A stretch of DNA of 64,000 nucleotides from Takakia lepidozioides (lineage: Eukaryota; Plantae; Bryophyta). The stretch is taken from NCBI GenBank assembly GCA_030704615.1, contig CM060734.1, forward strand, positions 23,994,001 to 24,058,000, read 5' to 3'. Position numbers and translations under genes: made by a program. The notes under the pieces were generated by a model. That model had not been told where the DNA came from, ran no database searches, and worked only from the letters and a program-made list of their open reading frames with translations. Shown here in pieces: positions 38,891 to 52,944 of this stretch (positions are counted from its first letter, which is position 1; the number at the start of each line of letters is the position of its first letter).

Positions 38891-39369
38891 ACGACCTACC
38901 TCACATTCGCAGGAACGGGGAGCTGGCCGCGGTGGTGCGCGGAGCGACTGACGTCCCTGTCTCGCCCCCTCGCCCCATGGACGTTGGCTGGTTCTTTGGT
39001 CGTTGGCAGCTACCATCCTCTTGCTCGGGTCTGGTACTCCCTGCCTCTGCCTCTGTGATTTAGGGCTCGTGAGAGAAGACTACGCAGCTAACGGCTACAT
39101 TATTGTGTTTTCCTACTTTCTGTATTCTACTTGTATGTCCCATGGTTTGTATTTGGTGTAGTTTTTTAATTATTTATTGGTCTATTTGATGTTGATATAT
39201 TGTAGTATATATGTATATATTGTAGTATATATGTATATATTGTATTATATTGTCTTTTCCAGTGTATAATTCTTTTTTGCTCTATAAAAATCTATGTAAT
39301 GCTCTACAGTCTTCATTATGCTTTTTAGGATATTTTCTTTGAATTCATATGTTGTAGTTCATTTCAGAC

Positions 39370-41631
39370 ATGGCCAAGGATTCGGAGAGGACCCCAGCTG
39401 CAAAGAAAAGGAAAAAACCAGAAGCAACCCGTATCGTTCAAGTACACGAAAGAAATCTGGTTTGACCCCCCGGCCTACCACTCCTGTGCTTGCTCCTTCA
39501 TTTCATGAGCCCGAGCGTACCAGTGACCCCCTCGAGCACCGTGTTGATGATGATGCCCCCCTCTTGGGCCAAGGTGTTGTAGTTGAAGTGGCTCCTGTGC
39601 CGGATAATACTGGTACTATTGATGAGTCCTCCATTGGGCCTGCAGTATCTAGCGCTACCCTCTCTCCTTCGTTAGAAGCATTGTATACGGGTAATATAAA
39701 GATTTTTCGAGATGGTCCTAGGATGGGCCAATTGGACATTGCTCCCGGTGCTTCTCCAACCACTGAGGTTAGGAGGGTTATGACATGTCAACAGGATTTG
39801 CTGATCAATGCACAAGAGAGAGAGAGTGGAGAGGGGTCCCATACGTGGGGAGGTAGCTAGGCCGCTTGGCCCAAATGATGCTCCTGTTGAAAGATTGGGG
39901 AGTTCTTCATGGCATGATGCATCTCATGGTACCCAAGGCGCCTCTCCCTCTCATGTCCATGATACCTCCATTGGTGGCCAATCCTTGGCCAGGAAGGGCC
40001 TCGCATTTGGCCTTCTCGCTGGTGTGACTCTAGCTAGTGGCAGTTGGGGTCAAGCCTCTCCTGAAGAGCAATCACAACTCATGGCATCTTTGGCGGCAAT
40101 GGGGGTTCCATTGCCATCAATGGGACAACTTTTGGCACCTGAACTCGAGGTGCATGAGTTGCCCGCGCTCAGGCTGAGGGATACCATCGCCTCGGAGCAT
40201 CATGAGGCCAGTATCTCTCTCTCCATTCTGTTGTATTGCCTACTGCGTTCTTTTTGTTTTTGTTGTTTTTATTTGGTTTGTGTACATGACTTGCAAAGAT
40301 TGGACAAGGGCCTCACAGAACCCATTGTGATTGCAGGCTCCATTTGTGGACCCAGTGCCACGTGCCCTTGAGAGACCTTTGGTCATTGCCGAGGGAGCTG
40401 GAGAGAGACGTAGACAGAGAGAGATGGAGGAGGTTGAGGTTCTTGTGGGGAGAGGGAAAACAAAGATAGTGGAAAAGCCCCTTAGGAAGAAGAAGAAGAA
40501 GCCTTGCATCGAGGATACCCCTCTCACAGTCGGAGAGTTGGGGGAGGGTAGTGAGAAGGGAGATATTGGAGAGGGTTCAGTAGAAGGAGAGCCTCGTAAG
40601 CGCGGGAAGAGAGTGAAGAAGGGAGGGCTGGAGGTGCCTAAGAAGGTCCCACCTCTAGAGGCCAACAAGTATGGGTATCCAGTTGGAGAGTTTTGGGAAG
40701 CGTTGAGGAGACATGCCTTTCCAAAAGCGGCCCAATGGTTCTCTTTGCATGTAGATTGGGATCAACAACCATGGGAGCACCGTAGGGGATTTGTAGCCGA
40801 TTTGGAGAAGAAGTTTGGGGGTGGTTGGAGTGAGTCCCGCTTGATGGGGTTGATCAGAAAGAACCTCAAGGATAGGCGATATCGTGCAAGGAAGGAGATC
40901 CGGCAAGCAGCGAAGAACGGGGTCAAAGCCGTTAGGCCATCAACCATCAGTGAGGTATGAACTCCACACCTTCCTTCCTAATTCATTCATTGTATTTTGG
41001 ACATGTGCAAGATGTTAATGATGCATGCATGCTTCAATTTGAAGAAGTAAGGCTGATGTAGTGGTTGGTTGTTTAGGAATCATGGGACATTCTCATTGCC
41101 GAGGAGGCTGATGCCAAGAAGAAGGCTCAATTTGCTAGGGGTCGTGAGGCGGCCATGTTACGCATAGAGAAAGAGCTAGATACCTGCACCCACAAGTTTG
41201 GTCCGGGAGGGCACAAGTCATTTGTGACCCGATTTGTAAGCATTTCATGGATGCATTCACTTTAATTTGTTGCTTTGTCTACATATGGCTATCTCTTTGG
41301 TATATCTTGCATAAACTAATTAAGGTTGTTTGTGATTGTGTAGCATTGTAGGTTTGGGAGACACCCAAGCGTGGAGGAGGTAGAATTTGTCAAGAATGAA
41401 GGATACCCCGTGCTTCTTGAGAGCATCAAGACCCATAGGGCCCTCTCCGCGAAGAGTACAAAAAAGCGAAGTATTACTAGTAGCACTACTGACCATAGGG
41501 TGACCGATGTCGAGGATCAGGGCCAGACTAGTGAGGATGAGGATGAGGGCGAGAGTGATCGGGGTGATGATGATGGTTCGCAGGATGATATGTTGACCCT
41601 CAAGGACCTCGAAGTCCATGAGGGTATCTAG
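39370..41631 (+). mobile_element. CACTA TnpA/Ptta-like (Transposase_24-like) spliced gene
   Basis: DWDQQP..LKDRRYRARK..RPSTISE / ESWDILI..KKKAQFARGREA..HKFGPGGHKSF / FGRHPS, with GT-AG introns at about 40955-41076 and 41236-41343. Flanked by CACTA-type repeats. Confidence 0.72.
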
Positions 41632-41899
41632 TACTATAGAAGATGCATATTATATAGTGCTTATACATGATAGGAGGCTTCGACCTGTTATGTTTTATTG
41701 ATTATTTCTAGCAGCAGTTGCTTGTCGTCTAATTCACGATGTCTCTCGGCTTGCTCTGTTGTGGACATATAGGTTACACCTACAAAGAGGCTCTGGGAAG
41801 ATTCTCGGCCCCAAGAAAGGTAGTACAATTTACAAGGCGACCGGCCAATGTGCGGGGGTAATATAAAACAAATAAATAAAACAAGATGAAAACCTCATT

Positions 41900-42256
41900 T
41901 GAGGGGCGACCCCTTGGGGGTCGCTTTAGGGCTCACCCAGGCATGCCCCTTCCCGTCGCCTGGAAACACCGACCCCCCGTGGGTCGCTTTAGGGTGAGCC
42001 CTGTCCGTCGCTTATAAGAACCGACCCCCTGGGGGTCGGTTTAGGGTTGACACAAGCAAATCCGTCAACCGACCCCCTGGTGGTCGCTTTCTGCTCCCCC
42101 ATACCTGCCCGTGAAGCGACTCCCTAGGGGTTGCTACTGGCGATATCCCGGCCCTCGCCATACTCGTCGCTACGTAACTCCGACCTCCTGGGGGTCGCAT
42201 AGTGGCGATATCCCGGCCCCCGCCATTCCCGTCGCTACGTAACTCTGACCCCCTAG
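41900..42256. repeat. CACTA subterminal repeats, cut off by the adjacent insertion
   Basis: Multiple CGACCCCC..GGGGTCG inverted motifs that end abruptly at TGTAGATGC (42257). Confidence 0.75.
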
Positions 42257-45200
42257 TGTAGATGCATATATTGGTACACTTTTCTTTTCAGATCGTTTTT
42301 GATCATAAGACAAGCGGTTTCGGCATTGTACTGCCAAAACATGTTAGTTTGTTAGTTGTTTGGAAATCGTTGGTAAAGCACGTAGGAAATTAGACAGTGT
42401 CTGCGACGACTATGGAGTGGAACTCTGGCGTCAATATGACCGTACGAAGCTGCATCGACAGCAGATTAGGCTGCCAATTCGGTACCAGAAACGACAAGTT
42501 AACATGTTCAAACAATACAGGACGACTGTTCCAGTCCCAGATTGCGATCTCTCTTTTCTCCCGCCTTTCAAGTTCTCCCAAAATCCTATATTTTATCTAC
42601 CACTGGCGCATTAGATAATGGCTCCTAACCCTTAGAGGGGTATAAATTGAATCTAATAGCTAAAGGTAAGAATACCCCCCTTTAAGGGAATTTGCAGATG
42701 CATTGCCCGCTGGGTAAAACGCCCCCGCCACGCGGCGGGGCGCAGCTCCGCGCGTAGCGGTCCAAGCCGTGGACCGCTGCGGTTAACGCCGGCGTCCGCC
42801 GGTCTATCTCAGCTTTTGGTTATCCCGCGGGTAAAGATCCGCACCCTGCTCGCATTCTTCAGGGCCTCATGCCTGAGTCACGCGGCTGATGTACTTGATC
42901 TCAGTATGACTTAAGGTTAGCGTTGGGGCCCCGCTCCCCGTACGTCGTGGCTGGGCCACGGCTGCCTCCAAGCTTTTAGTAATCGAGTGCCTACTCTCTA
43001 GGCGCAGCACCCGGGCTCCTCCCGGGCTGCTCGCGACCTTGGGGCAGCTGCTGTCAAGCGAAATCAGCCCGCCGAAACCCCAAGACAAAAAAAATACAAC
43101 CCACCCTCCCTTAGGCCTCCATGGCTTGCTAGCCGGGGGGGGGGGGGGGGGGGATTAGCACATAGTGGCCTTATATCATAGATCCAGCCTACTGGCCTAC
43201 CTTTGTCAGAGCTGGCTATATTTCAAATTAGTAATCAAACACAAAGATTCATTCTTCAAACAATTCAAATACAAGCCTCTATTGGTACCCTTTCCAATAG
43301 GCTATGGGGTTCTTCCCCTTGTCAATTCTAGACACGAAATAGTGGGATTCCACAATACACTCTCATCTTTTGAAGAACCTAAATCAGATTTTCAACTTCA
43401 AGCTTTGCTTGGAAAATAAATGAATCACATACGTAAATGGTGAAATGATAAGATGGGATCAACCTTTCTATGCGAGAGTGCTTGGGATGCTCTATCGACT
43501 CAAGTAATGGTACTCTATGCGGCCTCCACTTGGGCTCTCGTCCATAAGTCCACACCAGCCCCTCCTACTCGTCCTCAAGTCACTTTCCTCTACATGAAAT
43601 TGCCCTCTTCCTTCACAAATGAAATGGCTCAAAGGCCCACAAGCTAGGCCACTTGCCTTAGCTCACAAGAATTCTACCTAACTAGGGAGCTTCAAGCCCC
43701 ACTCCCTAGGATCTAGCCTCCTCAAGCCTCAAACTAACAACACTACAACAACAAGAGAAAACTAAGCAAGAGAAAGAACTAGATGAAGAACAAGGGAAGC
43801 CTTGCCCTTCTTTTATACTGTTTTTGAGCCTAATAAACTAATGGAAAATATTCATTAAACTATTGTTTCCTTGGAGGATCTATAATATAATATTCAACAT
43901 GGATGAAAAGTCTTAGAGGCAAATGAAAGCTGGCTTTTCCTCCATCCAATTGGATGACCAGTTGGCGCGAGTTGTCATTTCATCCATCCAGCTCCTCAAG
44001 GCGAATTCCAGGATTTTTCATCCATCCAAGAAGTAGAAATGCAAATAATAGGCTCCGTGAGTGCCGTCGGCCCCGCTGTTAATCAGCTCATAAATCACCA
44101 AACTTGGTGACAAACTACAATTATATATCCCGTATCAGTCTGTAAATTCTCAGCTCCATCGGTGGTAAAAAGTTGCGCTTCTTGCCATTTGTCGTATTTT
44201 CGCGACACACAGATTTTGTGGTATTTTTGGAAATCAAATCCCTGGTGATGGCTCTGGGGTCTTTGACCCTGCCACTGAGTCATAGGTTGTCCGGAGTCCC
44301 CTCCAGTTGTCCCGCATCGCTAACAAGTCCACGCTTCGCCGTTTGAAGTCGTCCTGACCTGTTGTCATTCCGATGCGGCCTAATTGCTTTGTGTCAGAGC
44401 CCAAGGTAGATGATGACTTTTTCCACGGAGGGAAAGCGCACCAACGCCTTAAAATAATGTAAAGGGGTGAAATCTGGCTTGGACCCACCAGTGGTTATTT
44501 TATTATTTACGCATGCATGTTCTGGACTAACGATTGTAGTGGCAGGGATGAGCCCTCAGCGAGATTCATTCATCCGATAGGGCCGCGACAGTTCCCCGCG
44601 GCAGGGAACGGTTTCCGGGTGTTCTTCGGTTCTCATTGGGTTCCCACAGGGTGCCCAAGGGCATCTTTAGGCACCAAGGGTATCTTTGGATTCCCCACAG
44701 GATTTCCCATAGGGGAGGTATTTTTCCTGATTTTCTTAATTTCTTTTATTTTCCAATATTTCTGATTTGCAAAATTGCTTAAATAGGACAGATGCACGTG
44801 GTGCACGTTATAGCCTGAAGGGCGTTGATTAAACTGATTGAACTTATTGAGTTAAGGGGCTTAGAACCACCTTATTGAACTTGGTGAACCTATTGGATTA
44901 TGATAGGTATTTTGGCCACTCCTTTGCTAAGACAAAGTATTTTAGGCACTGGGGTAGGAAGCGTTGGCCCTTCCATCAGAGATGACTTGAACTTAAGCAC
45001 TCGGTGGAGGAGGGGCATTGGGAGAGGAAGATTTTCCTTCTTCTTCCTAGGCTCGGCAGGTGCCTTGTAAAGGGATTAAAACATGTCCCGGCTATAGGCG
45101 GCTCGGGGGCCTAGGTGGTAGGAATTAGACAATAAAACATATAGAACTGCTTGGCATTACAAAGAGAGGGTGCGCAGGGAAGTGGGAGTGTGGGATGAGA

Positions 45201-45915
45201 GGAAGTGAGAGGAGCTCGGAGCGAGGAACTGGTGTTGTTGTCTCGGTTCGAAATGCAGTGGGTGACGAGGGAATTTGGACAAGTGGCAAACAAAAGCGCA
45301 TCATTTAATATGGCCGTACCCAAGAATGAGGCGCAACATTTACTTCGTGGTCGGCTCCATAAAACCGCTCGTCCCGCGAAAGACCTCCAGGGTAGGAGAT
45401 GGCACCAACATGTTCATCCAAGTCCATCCCAAGATGGAAAAACCGCGCCGAATTTCCATGCGTGTGGGCTCTCACGGAGTCGTGTTGGGGGGAGAGGGCT
45501 CCACGTGGATGCCAAAGTTCATCCCCCGGATGGAAAAATGACGCCGAATTTCCATCCGAGAGGCTGGGATGAAGTCGTATCGGGGGGAGAGGCCGACACG
45601 TGGCTGCCAAAGTTCTCGGGGGCCTAGGCGGTAGGAATTAGACAATAAAACACAAAGACTTGGAAGGCAATTGCTGAGTAGATTGTAGGATACCGTAGGA
45701 CTTAGAAACGCAAACTCGCCCTGTGAAGAGGAGTACGTGATTTCTCTTTGCCGGTAGGACTTAGATAGTGATCATAGCCACCATGTACGACCACGGACCC
45801 CCCTGCACTAACCGCAGTCGGGTAGGTTCAGTGAGCCCAACCTACACCGCAACTTACCACGACCCCCCTAGACTAATATGCCGTCACCCTGACCGCGCGC
45901 GCTCAGGGCTCGTCA
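42257..45915. mobile_element. Probable LTR or nested-LTR region upstream of the Gypsy gag
   Basis: Non-coding. Starts TGTAGA and ends ..CGTCA just before the PBS. Contains an internal duplicate GGGGCCTAGG.GGTAGGAATTAGACAATAAAAC (about 45105 and 45620). No partner LTR is in the window. Confidence 0.45.
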
Positions 45916-45921
45916 TATAAA

Positions 45922-45938
45922 TGGTGCGTCTGCCGGGA
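45922..45938 (+). promoter_or_regulatory. Primer-binding site complementary to the 3' end of tRNA-Gly(UCC)
   Basis: TGGTGCGTCTGCCGGGA is the reverse complement of UCCCGGCAGACGCACCA. Confidence 0.8.
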
Positions 45939-46278
45939 TGTGAGTAAATAGTCAGGGTGTCCTGATGTTTGAATGGATGAATGATCGCTATTTGTGCTCA
46001 TCTTTGTTTTTGCTTATGTTTTCCACATGATATTGCTTCGTTTTTATTTCTGTTTGCCACACACTAGTGAAGATGGATACCCCAGTGTAGTAGGCATTGT
46101 TTAAATTTCTTGTGAGTACTAACGTTGTGGCTACAGTTGAGATCGACAGGGCATGCCTAATACGCTACGACGATAAGGTATGAGAATCTCAAACATTATT
46201 TTTAGCCAGTCTTGAGCGCTATTTATTTTGTCCATTGTGGCAATACTTTAATCTGGTAAGCCATATTTTCTTCGCATC

Positions 46279-49200
46279 ATGGGTAATGGTTGGAAATATA
46301 GGAGATGGATTACCCAATATTGCATGTGGTTTATTGGCATTTGTATGCGCACTTTATGGAAGACTGTTAGGTCACCCTTGATAGGAACTACTTGGGAGAT
46401 ACTAGATCAGGAATTCAAAGACATTATAAGGATAGAGAAAGAAGGGTGGGTTGAGAACCTGGATGAACCAGTCATTGAAGAAATCCCACCTATTAGTTCT
46501 AACTCTGACTTGTCTTCAGTCACAGCACCATTAGTGCTATCTCAACCAATTTTACCTATAGTTGTGGAGGTACCCATTGTGGTACCTATTGGTTTGAGGC
46601 CTTTACAAATTCCTGCTAGTTTACCTTATTTTTCTGGAGAGGCTCAAGAAAACCCCGGAAATCATGTTCAGGGGTTTATTCAAATTTGTTATTCTAACCA
46701 AGCACTTGATAATGCTTATTGGCTTATTTGGTTTCCCAGTACATTAAGGGGCAAGGCGTTGACCTGGTATTGGCAACAGCCCAATGGGTGTTTTGTTACT
46801 TGGGACCAGATCCGGGATGCCTTCTTGAGTCAATTCCGTGGAGTACACCAATTCGCTAGTATTCTGATGGCACTGGCGCGGATCCGCCAAGGCCCTATAG
46901 AGGAGATAGTAGACTTCGTGATGAGATTCCGGGAGCTTATGGGGCTCCAAAATCCGTTGACACCCTTAAACGATGAGGCGCTCAAAGATTGTTTTTTGAG
47001 TGGTTTACGAGAAGCTATTCACCTTTATGTTTTGCAGCAAAGGCCTGCAACACTAGCAGACGCTATTACTACAGGGAAGGAGTTCGACAACATGCACCAG
47101 CAAGTGCAACGAGCCAAGAGGCCGGAGCTTGCATTACCTCCCTACATCACCATCGAGCCCGCCACTGAGCCGGTTCCACTAGTAGCCATTCAGCTAGCTG
47201 TACATTATACGCCCTCGTATGTCGGGGGAGCGAGGCCATATGTTCCAGCAACGGCTACAGGACCAGTTGCGGCCCCTTCAGTACCACAGTATGCTCGTGC
47301 AGTTCCCATCAACTCACATGCGGATTCAACCGGATAATCCGATTTGCGGGTGGGCCATCTAGAAGCACATGTGACACATCTCATGAAGACGGTCGAGACT
47401 ATGACTGATCGCATGAGTTCCATCGGTCAACAGATCACCAACTATGTCGACTATCGAGACACGGTCCCAATGGAAGAATCGGGGCCCAATCCGGCAAAGA
47501 TATGGTATTCCAAATGCAACACAACAGGTCACGCTTCTCAACATTGTCTTTATCCCATTCGGAAAAGGCAGGTAAGCCGAAACCCAAACTATCAGGGTAG
47601 GCAAAAGGATCAGAACAACCGGTCTTGTGATCAAAGAAATCGTCAGAAATGTGGGAGAACGACCCACCGAATAGAAGAATGTTGGAAAACCATTGTATGT
47701 CATCATTGTGGTAGACAAGGTCACTCATTTGACAAATGTCCCCGCAGGCAAGTGGACCGACCCACACCTGCCACTCAACAACAAGTGGAGAGAAATCTAG
47801 CTAGGCAAGGGGCTCTTTTTTCAGATCAGTGTACGACTGTTCAACCAACTTCTGTGCCACTGCAGCCTAGCAGGCATTTCGCTACGCCAACACAAATTGC
47901 GCAACGGTCTAGATCAGATCAAGTAGGCCCATCATATTCCAGAGGCAATGCAGCTACCAAGCAAGCGTCCCGAGGAGCATTCTCCAATCCTGCGGCTCAG
48001 ATAGCCCAGGGATCTTCTAACATATAGTCTCTCTCTCAAGATATAAGGGTGCAGGAAGAACATCAGGTGTTGACTTTGGCGGTGCCCCTGCAGCAGTAGA
48101 CCAACGTACAAAACCAAGCGGTGTGCCAACCAGAGACGCAACATAAAGTGAATTGGGTTGCGAGTGAGCCGAGGGCTACTCTAACCATACAAGCTAGCCC
48201 TGAGAAAGGTAGCTATGCAGATATGACCAGGCAACAAAGAGATACGCTAGGTAAATGACCTGGGTATGTGGTGCTTGAGTCCACGTCCTCTGCCTCGGAG
48301 CAGGACGATTTAGATTTTGCCATGATGAAGTCTGATACGCAAAAGGTAGCAACGACAGTGCTTCGCAAAGAAGACAACATACGACCGAAGGAGAAGGAGG
48401 CAGAAGCAGACCCCTTAGTGGTGAAATCAACGCCCTCCCTTCCACCCGCGGCAAGACCGAAGGTTTCGGCATTTCGACCGGCAGTATCGGCAGGGTTGCC
48501 CAAAAGAAGAACATCCTTGACCATGCGGTTCACCGATGAGCTAGAGCCGTACAATCTATTGGAGGACCTGCGCCAATTCAAGCAAACATTACTCTTGCCC
48601 AACTCATTACTATGGTGCCAACAATTCGGCATGCACTCAAGGCTTCATTAGTGACAAAAAGGATTGGACATTCAGCCCATCTCATCATATCAGCGCGCAA
48701 GTCGATCCGGGACCAGTTGAGATTGAAGTGAAGATCGTTGACTGCATTATCCGACGCTGTTTAGTGGATGGCGGGAGTTCGGTAACCATCATGCCTCTCT
48801 CCACCTTGTCCAAGTTAGGATTGAACATGACAAGGGAATCCCCCTTGACTATCAGGATGGCCAATCAACGGAGGATCAGGCCAGTGGGCTACATAGCGAA
48901 CGTCAAAATGAAGACGGGTGGCTACACGTACGCAGTGGACTTTCAAATCATTGAATTTCCCATCGACGAATATTCTTACGCCCTCCTATTGGGGAGGCCA
49001 TGGTTAGTCCAGTCTCAAGCACGAACGAACTGGGGGGCAGGCACCATCACTTACGGGGTAAGACCTTACACTACTACTGTTGCATTTCTTTCTGGAGCAC
49101 CTCACGAAGAAACGGATGAGGATGAGCTCAGCATGATTGGCTCTGAAGAGGAGTCTGCAGACTTGAGTGAGGAGGATTTGTGGTCAGAGGGAGAGCTCCT

Positions 49201-51690
49201 CCACACCTCACACGCCCACCGAGTTTTAGCAACAGCTACCGCGCCTCACAGGGAGGTTAAGTGAAGAAAGATAAGACTAGAAGACATAGAAATGACGAGA
49301 TTTTGGACATGAGAATTGTAGAGGAGGTCGACCTAGAAAGGGATGTCATGAACATAGCGCCCCCTACATTCCTTATTTGCAGCAGGGATCAAACGGATCT
49401 CGATTTGAGCCGAGGTTGTGTTTCACATCGGAACCAACGACGCAGTTGATTGACATGGCAATTGGAGGAGAGTCACCAAAGATGGTGAAGGTGGGAGCCC
49501 ACTTGACAACAGAGCAGGCCTTGGAGTATCATGCACTATTCAAGGAATTTCGGGACATCTTTGCATGGTCCTATACCGAATTGAAGGGAGTGCCTTCTTA
49601 CGTGGCAATGCATTCCATTCCCCTAATTCCAGGAGCCACCCCAAGACGACAACGCAAGAGAAGGGTGAACCCCAACTTAGCACTGCTCATTAAAGCAGAG
49701 ATTGAAAAGCTGCTAGCCGCAGAATTTATTTTCCCGGTGAAACATTAGCATGGCGTGTCTCGATGGTGATCGTCCGAAAGAGAATGGAGGCCTAAGGGAT
49801 GCGTGGATTCACCCCCTTAACAAGGGTGGAACAAACAAGGATCATTTTCCCTTGCATTCATAGATACTTGTTGGAAGAAGTCGCAGGGAAGGAGCTCTAC
49901 CTCCTTCATGGATGGATTTTCAGGGTACAACAGGTATGATTGACCAAAGGACGAGTGTTGGAAAACCACCTTATTTCACATGGGGTCACCTTTTGCCATA
50001 CACAGATGCCCTTTGGCCTGTGCAAACGCACCACTGACGTTTTAGGGGTCCGACATATGCTTCTCAGACAATCGTGAGAGAAATTTGGTCATCTTCGTAG
50101 ATGACTTTTGTTGCAATGGGGATGCAAAGATCACGTTGCAGCATTACGGGAGTGCTTCATCCGTGCAGGGAGAAGAATGGATCTCTCTCAACCCAATGAA
50201 GTGCGTGTTGCAGTCACACATGGGACTGTACTAGGGCACATAGTGTCCAAAGATGGCGTGGCGGACAGATCCAGCAAAGGTGAGCCATTAGTCGAATTGC
50301 CCGCACCAGAGACATCATCTACGGTGGAAGGGTCATTGCCAACAGGGGGTTATAGGAAATTATGAGACAGATGCAGCAGAGGCCTTACCTCTGACTCGAT
50401 TATTGAATGAAGAACCAGGTATTTCCTGGGATTACGGGTGTCAGGAGTTTTTGAGACACTCAAGTAGGCTGGTGTTCGCTCTCGTTTTGGCCGCTCCCGA
50501 CTGGAACAGGCCTTTCCATGTTTACGTTGATGCGTCAGCGGTGGCCGTAGGCTATGCCAACTAGATGCTGATGGCCAGATCATCCGATATCCTCGCAGAC
50601 GGCTGACATTCGCCGAAACGATGTATAGCACCACGGAGAGGGAGGCTCTGGAATGATTTTTGCCGAAAGAAGTATCGGCATTATTTGTTGGAGGACACTT
50701 TCAATTTTTTTGTTGATCACATGGCATGACGATAACTGACAACAAACCCGATTTGACGGGGAGAATACCAAGTGGGTTATTCTGCTTCAGGAATTCGACT
50801 ACAAGATAGTCTACAAGCCCGGAAGGCTTAATGCTCAGGCCAATCACCTTTCCCGATTGTCGGAGGAAACATGGGACGAGCCTATTGACGATGACCTGGT
50901 TGCAAAGGAACCATAGAAATAAACATGCCTACAATCTCAACTCTCCAAGTAAAAAAAAACTCCCTCGTTGAGGATCTGCACAATGTCCGAGGGGTTTCAT
51001 TTCCCATTCTGGTCTTACGCAATTTATCAAGGCAGATGAGAGCTTGACAACGTGCATTCGTATGCGTTACCACAGGGGAGTTCCCCGTGGTTAACTTGCA
51101 GGTCCAATTTGATTGAAAGAGTGCGTTACATGTGCGTTGGCCCTCTTTAACCGCTTTTGGCTTCTGCCCACTTGGTCAATACTCAGTGGCTACAATGATG
51201 ATTGGTAGGATTTTGTGACTCGATGCAGGGTGCACTTCCCCTACATAGTCGATCCCCACTTCTCAAACGGAGAAAAGGGGAGAGTGGGAACTAACGGCAT
51301 TCCGAGCGTGTGATCCGCTTGGCGGACCATTACAAGAGTCGCATTTTTGCACATGCATGTGCGCATCTTTGACATGGAGGGCCAGTAGTATCTTGCCCGT
51401 CAAAGCCTTCTGCACTGTGAGCCGCCCTGCAAAGTGTCCTCCGCACTGCTAGCATGGGCTGACTCGAAAATCTGGGGAACCTCCTCCGGGTGACGCATCG
51501 CCTCAAGAGGTCCATCCAATCCCCTTCATAAAGTTGCCCCTCTACAAGAACAACTTCATGCGCGCAGTCGAAGCCTTCGTCGCAGCATGTCGACCAATCC
51601 TGGGGGAAATTCCAGGGTGCTTAAATATTGAGCTATGTGTTCATACCATGGAGGAACGGTCTCTATGGAGAACAAAAATGCATCGTCGGC
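46279..51690 (+). mobile_element. Non-chromovirus Ty3/Gypsy gag-pol, decayed; integrase part inverted
   Basis: Gag: FSGEAQENP..FPSTLRGKALTWY..RQG..FLSGL. Three CCHC-like knuckles (47500-47740). Protease: LVDGGSS..LLGRPWL. RT: DIFAWSY, FMDGF, MPFGL, FVDDF. RNase H end: LLQEFDYKIVYKPG. Integrase PFEKWGID is on the minus strand. Confidence 0.92.
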
Positions 51691-52944
51691 CATTCCGGTT
51701 ATAACTTCTCGAATTTGCGGGACTATTGCAGTGGAATCTAGGGCGACCGTTCACGTCGCCTACAATCATTGTTTAGGTATGGATAATAGTTTGCGGTCCT
51801 GTGATAGCCATATAGCAAACCACGCGAGACCCTATTCCGCGTACTGGGCAATATCGTAACCAACCACCATGTGTGTGTGAACGGGTGGGAACCACAACAT
51901 GCTCTAAAAACATAGTTGAGGGGAAGAGGAGAGAAGCTTTCTTTTAGGAGAGAGAAAAACGCACGGTAGGTATGTTTTTTAGGCTTTAAACTTGCTTCTT
52001 TTCCGCCCAGAAATGCGCTTTGCGCTTTCTGTTTCGGGCCCCTCCTTCGGGCAGCGGGCAGAGCAACAAGCTATTTTTGCAGAGATTGATGCCTTTGCTA
52101 TGAAGGAAGAGGGCCCAATAAAACCTTTTTTTAAGAGGCCTCAGTGGAGGATCCTTGAAATTTTTTTGGCTCAAGATCATCATGGCAAGTTCCGACCTGC
52201 ATGGAATGCCCGACTTGAAGTTGTACTAGAAAATACTTCCTCAGAGATCACTCAAGGATCAGCTATTGATCCCTTAACTGCTGCCCTTGTGACTCCTTCA
52301 TTGGTGCGAAAGGTCAAGAATGTCGTTGTCCAGACGTCTTCGCATTTGTACACACCAGTGCCTAGGGGAGGTAAAGCAGCCTTGGATGGCCAATCATGGG
52401 AACCAAGGGTTTATCTGTTCACCAGACTCATCACTTAGATGCACTTCAAATCAGGGAAGAAGAGTTCCAAGTGCACTTCAGCAGGATTGAGCTCTGTGCA
52501 TCAATAATGGAGGAGGCACGTCCCTTCGAGCCCACATGGTACAATCTTGGATCAAGATCATGAAGGATGCCAGGTAAGTTAAGGGGTTTACATAGGTATC
52601 TACTCATATGTGCCGTGGACCTTCGTACTTCCTTTTTGGAAAAGAGACAAACCAAACTCATACCTTCACACATTAGGGATCTAGAATTTTTTCTCTGATG
52701 GACGTTGAAGGATATTGTGATCTGGTGACCTCAGCAAGCTGTCTGAAGGCATCTCAAGGTTTTAAGCACATAAAAGTCTCCATGTGTAGCAAGGATGCCA
52801 GTCAGTGGCCGAAGCTAAGGTGCTTGGTCTTTGAGTTAATTATCTCTTGTCTGAAATAATTAACAAATTTATGTGGCCAAAACTGAACTGCATTGTGACA
52901 AAGAAATTGCTATGTGGGCGTGAGTGAAGTTGGCAGGTATAGAC

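Noticed and set aside
37305-39058. Many short overlapping ORFs
   Set aside because: They are products of the tandem repeat, and variable poly(T) tracts break the frame.
51992-52760. ORF 51992..52438 and an exon-like minus-strand piece at 52446-52760
   Set aside because: They look protein-like, but I could not assign a family without a search.
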